A DNA stretch of 63,806 nt from positions 171,608,290-171,672,095 of the forward strand of contig NC_068982.1 of NCBI RefSeq assembly GCF_001194135.2, given 5' to 3'. Positions 51,413 through 63,268 of this stretch are shown here, one piece after another. Under the pieces are notes generated by a model. It worked only from the letters and a program-made list of their open reading frames with translations, ran no database searches and was not told the DNA's origin. Position numbers and translations under genes: made by a program. Source of the stretch: Octopus bimaculoides (Eukaryota). Within the stretch, counting starts at the first letter, position 1; each line of letters begins with the position of its first letter.

Positions 51413-51975
51413 AAATGCCCTGATGCAGTACCAAGCATTGTATTTCATGGCTTCTGATTTTAAAGGATTGGAAGTGTTATCATGTACATTGTTTTGTCTT
51501 GGTATAAAAGAGGGGCTACAGCAGATATTCTGCTCAATACCACATATTTGCTTGTCAGTTGCTTGACCTTAACCATTCGAGCATGTCCCTTGCTGGTTGA
51601 CAATATGTGCACCTCTGATCGCGAACAGAAGTCGTGTGGGGAGCACCATAGACATGTGTTGAGAAAAATTCTTTTGGGATTTGAATAATTCACCTTTCAA
51701 AACGTGTGTTTCGTTCAACATCCTTAAGCACCCCTTATTCAGGGATCTATTAAGCAGGATGGGCTACTCAACCTGGAGAAAATTCTAACTGGGCTCCACG
51801 TGCAAGGTCATTTGTTGTTTATCTTGATATGAAATAACCATGTCGTGCACATATGGTTGTGATGCATGTGCCTTGTGTACTCTTATCAGACGGGTAGTCA
51901 TGATGGGTATATTGGGCTTCGTATATTGTTACCCCAGCGTCATTTTGGTGGTATGCGCTGCTATCTCACGCAATA
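51413..51975 (-). repeat. Second copy of the ~500-bp (TAA)-abutting repeat
   Basis: aatgccctgatgcagtacc...gggtagtcatgatgggta is the reverse complement of 45253-45745 segments. Confidence 0.8.
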
Positions 51976-52196
51976 TTTTTTTGTTTTTATTGAATTTTTT
52001 CTCGTAATCTGATTTTTGTTATGAAGGATATTTTCACAAATACTATCAAATGATAGGTATTTATCTACATTCGGCGCCTGGAAAATGCTTCAAAGGCACT
52101 TGAAACATGTGACACAAGGGTAGAGCCTTTATACACACACTCAAACACACATATACACACACACAAATATATATTGGTGTGTACATATATACATAC

Positions 52197-52235
<39 letters not shown>

Positions 52236-52516
52236 TATATGTGTGTTTCTATGTATGTACGTGTGCGTGTGTCTGTATGTGTTTGTGTATGTACATGGTG
52301 CACACGCACATACTTAAATACCAAAACCTGTATGCGTGTGTGAGTGTGTGCGCCCAGACTATACACACATGTCTACGTATATTCATACTTGTAGACACAC
52401 TTCATTATTGGGCATGGCCTGCCCTCTTTCAGATATTCTCAATCTTATTTTCTTCTCGTCGTTTCTTCAAAAAAAATCTCTCTGTGCATGAATATGTGTA
52501 TATAGACGTTTTCACA

Positions 52517-52555
<39 letters not shown>

Positions 52556-52905
52556 CTATATACACCAATGCATAAACCCATACGTACGTATAGTATACAA
52601 ATGCATACTACATATGTATACGCGAGTGTGCGCGCGTATGTATATCCATGAATGCGCATGATGGATGAGAAAACTAAAAGTGACATGGTGACATTTCATT
52701 TAGAATTATCACTTTTGAAAGTTGCTTATTTATTTTCCATTAAATACATGTGCGTGTCTGCCTGTGTATATGTGAATGTAAGTATTGCTTGTGCCTGTGC
52801 ATATATGCCTGTTTCTGTGTATGTATGCATGTAATAGTATTTAAATGTTTGTGTATGTGTTAAATGATTGTGTATCTATATACATACATATATATATATA
52901 TATAT

Positions 52906-52938
<33 letters not shown>

Positions 52939-53857
52939 NNNNNNNNNNNNNNNNNNNNNNNNNNNNNNNNNNNNNNNNNNNNNNNNNNNNNNNNNNNNNN
53001 NNNNNNNNNNNNNNNNNNNNNNNNNNNNNNNNNNNNNNNNNNNNNNNNNNNNNNNNNNNNNNNNNNNNNNNNNNNNNNNNNNNNNNNNNNNNNNNNNNNN
53101 NNNNNNNNNNNNNNNNNNNNNNNNNNNNNNNNNNNNNNNNNNNNNNNNNNNNNNNNNNNNNNNNNNNNNNNNNNNNNNNNNNNNNNNNNNNNNNNNNNNN
53201 NNNNNNNNNNNNNNNNNNNNNNNNNNNNNNNNNNNNNNNNNNNNNNNNNNNNNNNNNNNNNNNNNNNNNNNNNNNNNNNNNNNNNNNNNNNNNNNNNNNN
53301 NNNNNNNNNNNNNNNNNNNNNNNNNNNNNNNNNNNNNNNNNNNNNNNNNNNNNNNNNNNNNNNNNNNNNNNNNNNNNNNNNNNNNNNNNNNNNNNNNNNN
53401 NNNNNNNNNNNNNNNNNNNNNNNNNNNNNNNNNNNNNNNNNNNNNNNNNNNNNNNNNNNNNNNNNNNNNNNNNNNNNNNNNNNNNNNNNNNNNNNNNNNN
53501 NNNNNNNNNNNNNNNNNNNNNNNNNNNNNNNNNNNNNNNNNNNNNNNNNNNNNNNNNNNNNNNNNNNNNNNNNNNNNNNNNNNNNNNNNNNNNNNNNNNN
53601 NNNNNNNNNNNNNNNNNNNNNNNNNNNNNNNNNNNNNNNNNNNNNNNNNNNNNNNNNNNNNNNNNNNNNNNNNNNNNNNNNNNNNNNNNNNNNNNNNNNN
53701 NNNNNNNNNNNNNNNNNNNNNNNNNNNNNNNNNNNNNNNNNNNNNNNNNNNNNNNNNNNNNNNNNNNNNNNNNNNNNNNNNNNNNNNNNNNNNNNNNNNN
53801 NNNNNNNNNNNNNNNNNNNNNNNNNNTTATCCCACTTCTGACAGATTTTTTTTTTAG

Positions 53858-54238
53858 AGGCGTAGGAGTGGCTGTGTGGTAAGTAGCTTGCTTATCAACC
53901 ACATGGTTCTGGGTTCAGTCCCACTGCGTGGCACCTTGGCTAAGTGTCTTCTACTATAGCCTCGGGCTGACCAAAGCCTTGTGAGTGGATTTGGTAGACG
54001 GAAACTGAAAGAAGCCCGTCGTATGTGTGTGTGCTTGTGTCTGTGTTTCACCCACCGTCATCGCTTGACAATCCACGCTGGTATGTTCATGTCCCCGTAG
54101 CTTAGTCGTTCGGCAAAAGTCACCAATACAATAAGTACTAGGCTTACAAAGAATAAGTCCAGGAGTTGATTTGTCTGACTAAAGGTGGTGCTCCAGCATG
54201 GCCACAGTCAAATGACTGAAACAAATAAAAAAGAGAAT
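53858..54238 (+). mobile_element. SINE family B, full length (tRNA head, CORE-like ccttggctaagt, internal TG repeat)
   Basis: A box tggctgtgtggt, B box gggttcagtccc; tail gactgaaacaaataaaa. Confidence 0.9.
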
Positions 54239-54950
54239 ACCTTTTTACATGCCTGTGTGTATTATTTCTTTTAATAAGTTAATTAGTGAAGGACGCTTTT
54301 TGTGGCCAAGTCATTTGCAGAACATTGTAACCGCTGATTTTCTTATAACTTTGGATCGTGCTTTTCGCAAAGAAAAACCGTTTGACCAACGCGTGTGCTT
54401 TCTTGTGTTCCTAGAAGCTGTTAGAAATGACAGCCAAATCATCCTCATGTCATATTACGTGTAACAACGTCTCTTTGTAAAAGAAGAAGCACATTCGATA
54501 ATATATAATTTTATCAATAAGATGGGATTCCTGCGGCTGGAACCTCTTTGATTGTAGGTTTGTTTGGTCAGTCCTGACCTGGGGCTAAATAACAATGCTC
54601 AGATGGGGGAAAAGGCTATTGTTTTCGTAAGGAAATATATAGTCACATGGTTGGAATTCGTAATTCTGACATAGTGTGGATGAGAAGGGAATGGACATAC
54701 ATGGATAGATGCACACAATACGCTAGTTCTGAGAAGGCAGTCACTTGTGCCTATCCATTATTCGAAAGAGAGAGGAGAGAGAAAGAAAAGCGGAGATAGA
54801 GAGGGGGAGGTAGAGACAGAGAAATATAATTAAAATGTGTTTTTCCCAGACACATGTTTAACCTTGACCTTTTTCATACTTAAATTCGATGCTCACTCAT
54901 ATGTGAACAAGGAACTACAGACATGCATGATAGCATGCAGTATACAGGAT

Positions 54951-55188
54951 ATTTATTTCTTTATTGACCACTGGGGGGCTAAACACAGAGAAGACCAACA
55001 AGGACAAACAAAGGGATTAAGTCGATTACATCAACCCCCAGTGCGTAACTGGTACTTATTTAGTCGACTCCGAAAGGATGAAAGGCAAAGTCGACATCGG
55101 CGGAATTTGAACTCAGAACGTAACGACAGACGAAATACCGCTAAGCATTTCGCCCGGCGTGCTAACGTTTCTGCCAGCTCGCCGCCCT
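54951..55188 (-). mobile_element. SINE family A (tail type 1), full length
   Basis: Near-consensus copy; probable TSD tatacaggat at 54941-54950 and 55195-55204. Confidence 0.92.
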
Positions 55189-55419
55189 ACGAGATATACA
55201 GGATGTTTTTATGGAATAGATACAACGGAGCAAAAATAATCTGACTTCATTAGCAAGCTGGACATAATACTTATTGAAACTATTTTATGTTTTTAATTTT
55301 ATATTATTTTGATAGTTCATTTTGGGAAATCCCTAAGTTTTACAGCATGTTCTGCATTTATACAGTATTACTTTCTTGTTGTTTCTTTTGCACTTCCTGT
55401 TTTATATTCATCAAGGGGG

Positions 55420-56100
55420 AGGAGGAGGAGGATGAAGTAGCATCACCATTTCAACATTACTTACGATAAGAGAAACAACATCACCGAAGCCAGCAAAACT
55501 AGCATGATGACATAAGAGAAACACCACCGACAGCAGCAACAACAACAACAACAGGAGCACCAACATCATCACCTTGATCGTAATTATCATCATAATCTTT
55601 CAGGTAATGCTGATAATGAAGATGAGGATGAAGATAATGACGCTTGCAAGGGCCAGGTGTAGTTTAGTTCGTAGCGACGACAACGACAATGATGATGATG
55701 ATGATTGAGAGGAGGAGGAGGAGGAGGAGGAGGAAGTGGTGGTGACGATAAAGAGGTGGGTGAGGAGGATGACGGGAAGGAAAGAGACGAGAAGGAGAAG
55801 GACGAGAAAGAAGGCGAGGAGGAGGTGAGAAAATGGAGGAGGAGTTGGACAAATGCTGTGGTAGAGGTTGTGTTCATAGCGATGATGATGATGATGANNN
55901 NNNNNNNGATGATGATGACGACCACGACGACGACGACGACGACGACAACGATGATGTTGATGATGATGTTGATGATAACGACGGTGAGCATGACAATACA
56001 AGGCGGTCGAAGATGCCGACGACAACAACGATGATGTCGACAACGTCAAGGACAGCGACGAGGATAACGACGCTGACGACAATGAAGAGGACTTCGATGT
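55420..56100. repeat. Compound (GAT)/(GAC)/(GAG)/(AAC) trinucleotide low-complexity tract
   Basis: Direct reading; small N gap inside. Confidence 0.85.
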
Positions 56101-56495
56101 AAAAGTGGCTATTGTGTTCCAGAAGAAGGCAACGTAACGTTATGAAACATCTGTAGAATACTTAGAACATTCGATGAACTGCGAGCAAATATTCCAGTCT
56201 CGTTTTTGCTGATATTTCATCTAAATACCGCTAGATTGCGGTGTGTGTATTCAGTACATCATTTCCTGTTCTTTTCAATTTTTTTTTCTTTTTCTTTTCG
56301 CCTTAACCAACCCGCTTGGAAATAAAATATGTTTCCAAATTACTTCTAGAATGACTTGTTAAATATCTAATTAACTTGTATAGTATGTCGCATATCTTTT
56401 TTTCTTTTTTCAAATTTGTTTATTTGATAATTTTGCTTCTTTTTTTGTCTTTTCTTTAGCTTTATACACAAAGGCACACATATACAAATATATAC

Positions 56496-56545
<50 letters not shown>

Positions 56546-56689
56546 TCCCATACACACACATACACATGATGTAGCATATTTCTTAGTTACATTATTTCAC
56601 GCTTAAGATTTATCCAAGTTTGGTTGGTTCCTTTAATTTCAGCTTATGAACAGACAGACAGTTTGTATGAAAAGGAAGAAATAAGATGG

Positions 56690-57010
56690 GGAGAAGAGAA
56701 GGAAGAGAGAGAGGTGGGGGAGGAATGAAAGAGAGAGAAAGAGGATGAGAGAGTGAATGAGAGAGAAAGAGAGTGAGGATGTGAATGAAAGAGAGAGAAA
56801 GAGAGTGAGGATGTGAATGAAAGAGAGAGAAAGAGAATGTGAATGAGCGTGAGAGAAAGAATGTAAGTGAGAGAGAGGCAGATATACAGAGAGTGAGAAT
56901 GTGAATGAAAGAGAGAGAAAGAGAGCGTAAGAGTGAGTGTGAGAGAGAGAATGAAAGTGAGAGAGAGTGTGGGAGAGAGAGAGGCAGATATACGGAGAGG
57001 GAGAGAAGGT
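56690..57010. repeat. AG-rich minisatellite with 32-bp period core
   Basis: gagagaaagagagtgaggatgtgaatgaaaga repeated from 56761, degenerate copies beyond. Confidence 0.75.
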
Positions 57011-57664
57011 GAGTTAGAAAAAGTAAGAATGAACAGTAGTCCAACAAATTACTTAACTAATTCAATACAGCAAATTAAACGTTTAGAGTTTGGTAAGGGG
57101 TCTGGAATGTGTATTGACATGGTGATTGTCAAGTGCAATTTCTTCTTAATTAAAGTACGCAATGCTTTATTTTGTAGTTTTCGTATTTCATTTTGTTTTC
57201 TTCTTTAAGTTTTTTTTCCTTTATTTTTTCTGTTTTTATATTTACTGCGCTAATCCGGAGGCCGACAACCTACACCTAAAGACAACGGTGTAAAATGAAC
57301 GAACTCTGATATTATGTACATATATATGTATGTATGTTAAGTAATACATATATGTAACTCACTTCTAAACATCGTGCTCTCTCGAAAATCTAGTAATGTA
57401 ATAAGTTATTGAAGGTTATTATATGTGAAGTGTGAGACTAGTGACTGTGACCTCCTTAGATTCCTCGTGGTTGCCATATTTCTTTCACCAGATGTCTGAA
57501 CCAAATATTTCATGGCATTCAGCGGACTTCGTTAAACGTGTATCAAGGTGAAGTTCAGCTGTTGTTTTTATTTTATGGGATTTTTCTGTTGAAGTACTAT
57601 GTGACAGTCTTCTTTTCTTATTTCAGTGTTCTGCTTTTATCACAAGTTATTATTTCTCAGAGCT

Positions 57665-57878
57665 AGGGTAGCAATCTGGCAGAATCGTTAGCATGCCGGG
57701 GGAAAAATGCTTTCCGGCGTTTCGTCCATCTTCACATTCTGAGGTCAATTTCCGCCGAGGTTGACTTTATCTTTTATCCTTTCGGAGTCGATAAAATAAA
57801 TACCAGCTGAGCTTGGGGGGCGAGGTAATCGACTTGCACCCTACCCCAAAGTTACTGGTCTTGTGCCAAATTGTGATA
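57665..57878 (+). mobile_element. SINE family A (tail type 2)
   Basis: tggcagaatcgttagcatgccggg...ttccgccgaggttgacttt...gtcttgtgccaaatt. Confidence 0.85.
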
Positions 57879-57896
57879 CTATCACTACTCTGAGTT

Positions 57897-58116
57897 TGGT
57901 GAGGTGGCGGAATAGTTAGTACAGCGGACAAATTGCTTTGCGGCATGTTGTCTTTCTTTACTTTCTGGGTTCAAATTCCGCCGAGGTCGACTTTACCTTT
58001 TATCCATTCAGTATCGATAATATAAGTACCAGTTGAGTTCTGGAGCCGATGCAATCGACTAGGACTCCACCCTCAAACTTCAAGGCCCTGTGCCAATAGT
58101 AGACAGGATTATTATT
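57897..58116 (+). mobile_element. SINE family A (tail type 3), head-to-tail after the previous copy
   Basis: gggttcaaattccgccgaggtcgacttt...ggccctgtgccaatagtagacaggattatt. Confidence 0.82.
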
Positions 58117-58407
58117 CAGAGATTGTTGATTTTTAGCCTTAAGTCAACCAGAGTCGAGCAGGCTTATGATCACTGGCCATTTACCTAAGACTGTATGTTT
58201 TTTTGCATATCCGTGATTATATTACGCAGTTGTTTGACTGGCTGGAAATAATTACACTCTGCAGTATATGCATTGTTAGGACGTTGCTCTCTCTCTCTAG
58301 TGTCTTCGGTTGTAAAGTCAATAGAGCACTTGAACGAACAGATGAAAAATATGAATAAATCCAAACAACTCAAACAAAAGGAATAGTTACGATGTAAAAA
58401 ATAAAGA

Positions 58408-58788
58408 TTTCGTGACACTGCAAAAATCTAATTAGTAAATCCACATTTTTAAAAATTGAGGATTTCCTCGTTGCTTTATAAAACCAATAAAATTATTCCG
58501 AGCTGCATAGAAAATGTGATGGTACTCGAATTTAAAGCTAAGCAGTAAAATATATAGCTTGAAGAAGACAGAGCTTCGCCAAAATGTTGCTACATCTTTA
58601 CAAACACAAAGTAAAAAGAAAGCTTTCGTGACACTCCTAAAAATTTAATGGGTATGGAGATTCACCTGTTTTATTAATGAATCTACATTTTATAAGATGG
58701 AGAAATTCCTCGTTGCTTTATAAAGCCAATAAAATTATTTTGAGCTACATAGAAAGTGCGATGGTACTCGAGTTTGAAGCTAAGAAGT
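58408..58788 (+). repeat. Diverged direct repeat (~140/165 bp) separated by a decayed hammerhead-like motif
   Basis: tttcgtgacact...gatggtactcga.ttt.aagctaag at 58408-58546 and 58624-58788; between them tagc TTGAAGA ... AAAAT GTT gcta (58555-58592). Confidence 0.65.
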
Positions 58789-59050
58789 TATATAGGCCAC
58801 AATAAAAGTTAGACCCAGCTGACTGTGATACCGTCACCAATTGCGATTATCTAGTGGTTTATTACCTTCCATGTATCGTGTTATCTACTGCAGAAATATC
58901 ACTTCAGTTAAATTTCTAACGCTCTTGTACCAAATTGAACTCATTGAGCATGTCATATATTAGTATGATTACTTCTAAGTTGGTACAAAGAGCCTATAGG
59001 TTTATGTGAAATTAAAGCAACAAACTGTGTCGTTAATATTTTCCTCATAC

Positions 59051-59156
59051 GCGCAGGCGTAGCTGTGTGGTGAAAAGATTGCTTCCCAACCACTTGTGCC
59101 GACCAAAGACTTGTGAGTGGATTTGGTTGACGGAAACTGAAAGAAGCCCGTCGTGC

Positions 59157-59247
<91 letters not shown>

Positions 59248-59494
59248 TGTGTGTGAGTATTTATGTGTGTACCGTTGTGTCTGTGTCTCCTGACCATCGC
59301 TTGACAACTGATGTTCTTATGTTTACGTTTATGTTTATGATCGATATGTTTAGGTTTATGATCGATATTTTTATGTTTATGATCAATAGAACAAGTACCA
59401 GGCTTACAAAGAATAAGCCCTGGGGTCGATTTCTTCGACTAAAAGCGGTGCTCCAGCATAGCCACAGTCAAACGACTGAAACAAATAAAAGAAT
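59051..59494 (+). mobile_element. SINE family B with head deletion, expanded (TG)n and a 3x21-bp internal repeat
   Basis: Collinear with the 53858 copy except for the deleted B-box region and replaced middle. Confidence 0.88.
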
Positions 59495-60744
59495 AGATAA
59501 TTACGCATCTTGGTATCGTAAACAAATCTTAGATTTAGCTCTGTGGTAATTTACATGTAACTATAATAGTTAGAAATGATCTAATTATAAATCTCACAGA
59601 GAAAATTAAGCAGCAGTGTTATGATAAATCAGAAACATGTCCCAGAATGCACACTGAGCTGGTGGAAGTGCTTGTCTCCCCCTTGCAAATATAAGGACAC
59701 AGGAAATGTGTCAAGGCCGACAGGAAGCGTTCCAACTTCCTAGGGCTAAATAGCAGCAGTGTGATTGCCTTATTGGGACTGTCACATTGAGTTGACAGTA
59801 TACAACTGCTTTATAATAGAGTTCTCATATGGTAATCCATGGTAATCCATGTTTGTTTTCTAACTTTTAAATGTAATTTCGCGATGATAATTATAAATCT
59901 TGATCAAATGTCGCAAGAAGTCCAGCGTCTAGTTAGACAATAGATGGGTAACAGCTGCTCTAATAACTTTATGGGGAATCAATATCGCTGAGTTGATCGG
60001 GGCTACCAGCATAGCAATCATGAGTTCAACGTTACTGTATGCCACTTATACAAAACAATGAAGAGAACTCTTCATGGTCATTCGACCCACCGGAACAGGC
60101 AGTTAGATTCGGTATGAGTCATGCCCCAGTCTTTTAGAAAAGAACACACTAGAAAATATATTAATCATGGTTGTACTCTTTCAGGAAAGATCACAAGACT
60201 GTTTCTATGGCTGGAACGCTCTCACTTATGCTCAACAACAGATATATATATATATATATATANNNNNNNNNNNNNNNNNNNNNNNNNNNNNNNNNNNNNN
60301 NNNNNNNNNNNNNNNNNNNNNNNNNNNNNNNNNNNNNNNNNNNNNNNNNNNNNNNNNNNNNNNNNNNNNNNNNNNNNNNNNNNNNNNNNNNNNNNNNNNN
60401 NNNNNNNNNNNNNNNNNNNNNNNNNNNNNNNNNNNNNNNNNNNNNNNNNNNNNNNNNNNNNNNNNNNNNNNNNNNNNNNNNNNNNNNNNNNNNNNNNNNN
60501 NNNNNNNNNNNNNNNNNNNNNNNNNNNNNNNNNNNNNNNNNNNNNNNNNNNNNNNNNNNNNNNNNNNNNNNNNNNNNNNNNNNNNNNNNNNNNNNNNNNN
60601 NNNNNNNNNNNNNNNNNNNNNNNNNNNNNNNNNNNNNNNNNNNNNNNNNNNNNNNNNNNNNNNNNNNNNNNNNNNNNNNNNNNNNNNNNNNNNNNNNNNN
60701 NNNNNNNNNNNNNNNNNNNNNNNNNNNNNNNNNNNNNNNNNNNN

Positions 60745-60812
60745 GACACTTGACCAAGTTGCTATGCGGTGGGACTGAGACCAGAACCATGTGGTTGGGA
60801 AGCAAGCTTCTT
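60745..60812 (-). mobile_element. SINE family B, part left of the insertion
   Basis: gtgggactgagaccagaaccatgtggttgggaagcaagcttctt; head continues at 63281-63310. Confidence 0.8.
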
Positions 60813-61035
60813 TATTTCATTAAATTTGCCATTTAGGCATTACACAGATTAGCAGAAGCTAGGGCTGGACAGAAACATTAATGAGATGAGATGAATAGTG
60901 TACATGATGATATAGATGGGAGAAGACAAAGCCGCCCACCGAACTTTGCTTCTCTAAAACTTTGTTCTTTTTTTGTTAAATCATAAATTTTAAACAAACA
61001 GAATTCAATTATAACAGTCAATTCAATTATAACAG

Positions 61036-61864
61036 TTAATCTCCCTCGTCGCTGCCCCCGAGTAAATAGCCTGCTGCCTGCAGATAACTCTGAATCGACA
61101 GGCTCGGGCCAACGGCGAGGGAGACGTATTCTACTTCGTCAAAGAGTGCTGAGACCTTTGACAAGGTCCTTCTATTTATGACCTCCGCAGCTACCTGCCG
61201 AGGCCACATTGAACTGCCAGTGCAGGCCAAGTAGTTCCTTTCTAGGTCGCACTGACAATTCAAAAATTTTTCTATGTTCCCTCCCTCGTGGTATAGGATG
61301 ACAACCTCCTCCCCTTCCTCACGAGGAGGGGCCTCACACTGGTCCGTCAGTGGCACAATTCCCACTGACAGAGCCTCATTCACGGGTGCCGTCAGCGGCA
61401 CAGAAGCATCGGCCGACTTCTCCCTCTTCTTCCTTTTCCTCTTTCTTCTTGAGGATACAGAGGGCAACGTCGGCATACGCGGAGGATCGCTGTCCCCCTC
61501 TGCCTCCTGTACATTCTTTGCTGAGCAACCATTGTTGCTCACCTTTCTTTTTCTTTTTGTGGAGACAGCCGCCTCCACAACTTTCGCTGTCTCCCCCTCC
61601 AATATGGGGGGGGGCGGGCACGTTTTCTTTATTCTGCTCCAGGACCTTACCATGGCTCTGGGGGCAGTTCTTTCTAATATGGCCAGGCTCCAGGCACTGG
61701 TGACACTTGGGGTGGGGCGTCCCTCAAGGATCACCGGGTACCTTTGGCCAGCCATCCTCAGAAAATCTGGGAAAACCAGATCTTTAGCTGATTGGGTCCA
61801 TATGGTCAACACAGCTTTCGACCCAACCCAATTAGCTGAAGGCAGAATTTTAACATTAATGAGC
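61036..61864 (-). pseudogene. LINE ORF1 (gag-like) C-terminal half with CCHC zinc knuckle and basic tracts
   Basis: MAGQRYPVILEGRP then, in a shifted frame, KCHQCLEPGHIRKNCP (61705-61664). Also KRKRK and RRKRKRKKREK; stop at 61036. The start is presumably in the gap. Confidence 0.8.
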
Positions 61865-62605
61865 NNNNNNNNNNNNNNNNNNNNNNNNNNNNNNNNNNNN
61901 NNNNNNNNNNNNNNNNNNNNNNNNNNNNNNNNNNNNNNNNNNNNNNNNNNNNNNNNNNNNNNNNNNNNNNNNNNNNNNNNNNNNNNNNNNNNNNNNNNNN
62001 NNNNNNNNNNNNNNNNNNNNNNNNNNNNNNNNNNNNNNNNNNNNNNNNNNNNNNNNNNNNNNNNNNNNNNNNNNNNNNNNNNNNNNNNNNNNNNNNNNNN
62101 NNNNNNNNNNNNNNNNNNNNNNNNNNNNNNNNNNNNNNNNNNNNNNNNNNNNNNNNNNNNNNNNNNNNNNNNNNNNNNNNNNNNNNNNNNNNNNNNNNNN
62201 NNNNNNNNNNNNNNNNNNNNNNNNNNNNNNNNNNNNNNNNNNNNNNNNNNNNNNNNNNNNNNNNNNNNNNNNNNNNNNNNNNNNNNNNNNNNNNNNNNNN
62301 NNNNNNNNNNNNNNNNNNNNNNNNNNNNNNNNNNNNNNNNNNNNNNNNNNNNNNNNNNNNNNNNNNNNNNNNNNNNNNNNNNNNNNNNNNNNNNNNNNNN
62401 NNNNNNNNNNNNNNNNNNNNNNNNNNNNNNNNNNNNNNNNNNNNNNNNNNNNNNNNNNAAAACGGAGCACAGAAGAAAGAAAAATAGTTCGGTTGAAAAA
62501 AAATCACACAAAAATAGAAAAAAGAAAAAAGAATACAGTTCAACAGTTCATACGAACAATTTTCCGGCCACTAGTACTCCAAGCCACATGAACACGGAAT
62601 CCTGC

Positions 62606-63040
62606 AACTGGAACGGCTTCCACAATTTTTCAAAAAAATTGGTAATAATGTTCAATTTCTTGGAGGCAGGATACGCCCCCAACACAGCAATTTTCACAAA
62701 AACTATTCACTAAAAGTGAACAAATTACTTTTGCATAATTTCACAAATAGTTCAACCACCTCTCGAGTCAAGATACGCCCCCAGAAAGGAAGTCACAACA
62801 CAAGCTTGCTACGCTTTTTTCTTTTTGGATAGAGCGTAACTGGTTCACATCCACCTTGGTTCAGAAAAAAAACTAACTGGAACGGCTTCCACAATTTTTC
62901 AAAAAAATTGGTAATAATGTTCAATTTCTTGGAGGCGGGATACACCCCTAACACAGCAATTTAGTTTCACAAATAGTTCAACCACTTCTCGAGTCGAGAT
63001 ACGCCCCCAGAAAGGAAGGCACAACACAAGCTTGCTACGC
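62606..63040 (-). repeat. Duplicated 5' UTR modules of the ORF1-only element
   Basis: Monomer aactggaacggcttcc...gcttgctacgc at 62606-62814 and 62875-63040, separated by a second promoter-like block (62815-62878). Confidence 0.9.
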
Positions 63041-63233
63041 AAGCTTCAATACACAAAAAACAGCGGCCAACGAAAGGAGGCAAAATTGTCCCATAGCTGT
63101 GAGCAATTTATTAACAAACAATATACTATAATAAATTACTCCCAGCTTAGAAAAAAGACAAAGTCACCTACCTCGCCGACCGTTCTCTGTTTTTGTTGTT
63201 CTTTTTTCTTTTTGGATGGAGCGCTATTGGCTC

Positions 63234-63268
63234 ACATCTACCTTGGTCTGCTGTACGAAGAAGACTAA
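63234..63268 (-). promoter_or_regulatory. Internal Pol II promoter: Inr + DPE
   Basis: TTAGTC with A(+1) at 63266 and AGATGT at +28 to +33 (63239-63234), the canonical DPE position. Confidence 0.6.

Noticed and set aside
55590-56102. Acidic/Gly-rich and poly-Thr ORFs
   Set aside because: Pure trinucleotide low complexity, open on both strands, with no domain or splice support.
56110-56155. cagaaga...gaaacatc hammerhead-like string
   Set aside because: The core is altered and stem II does not pair convincingly.
8490-58195. Short gttgtttagc... repeat family at ~8490, 9385, 54520, 58125
   Set aside because: Similarity is patchy and boundaries cannot be set without an alignment.
3721-62713. 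Long ORFs in the track dominated by X
   Set aside because: They are open only because N-runs contain no stop codons.
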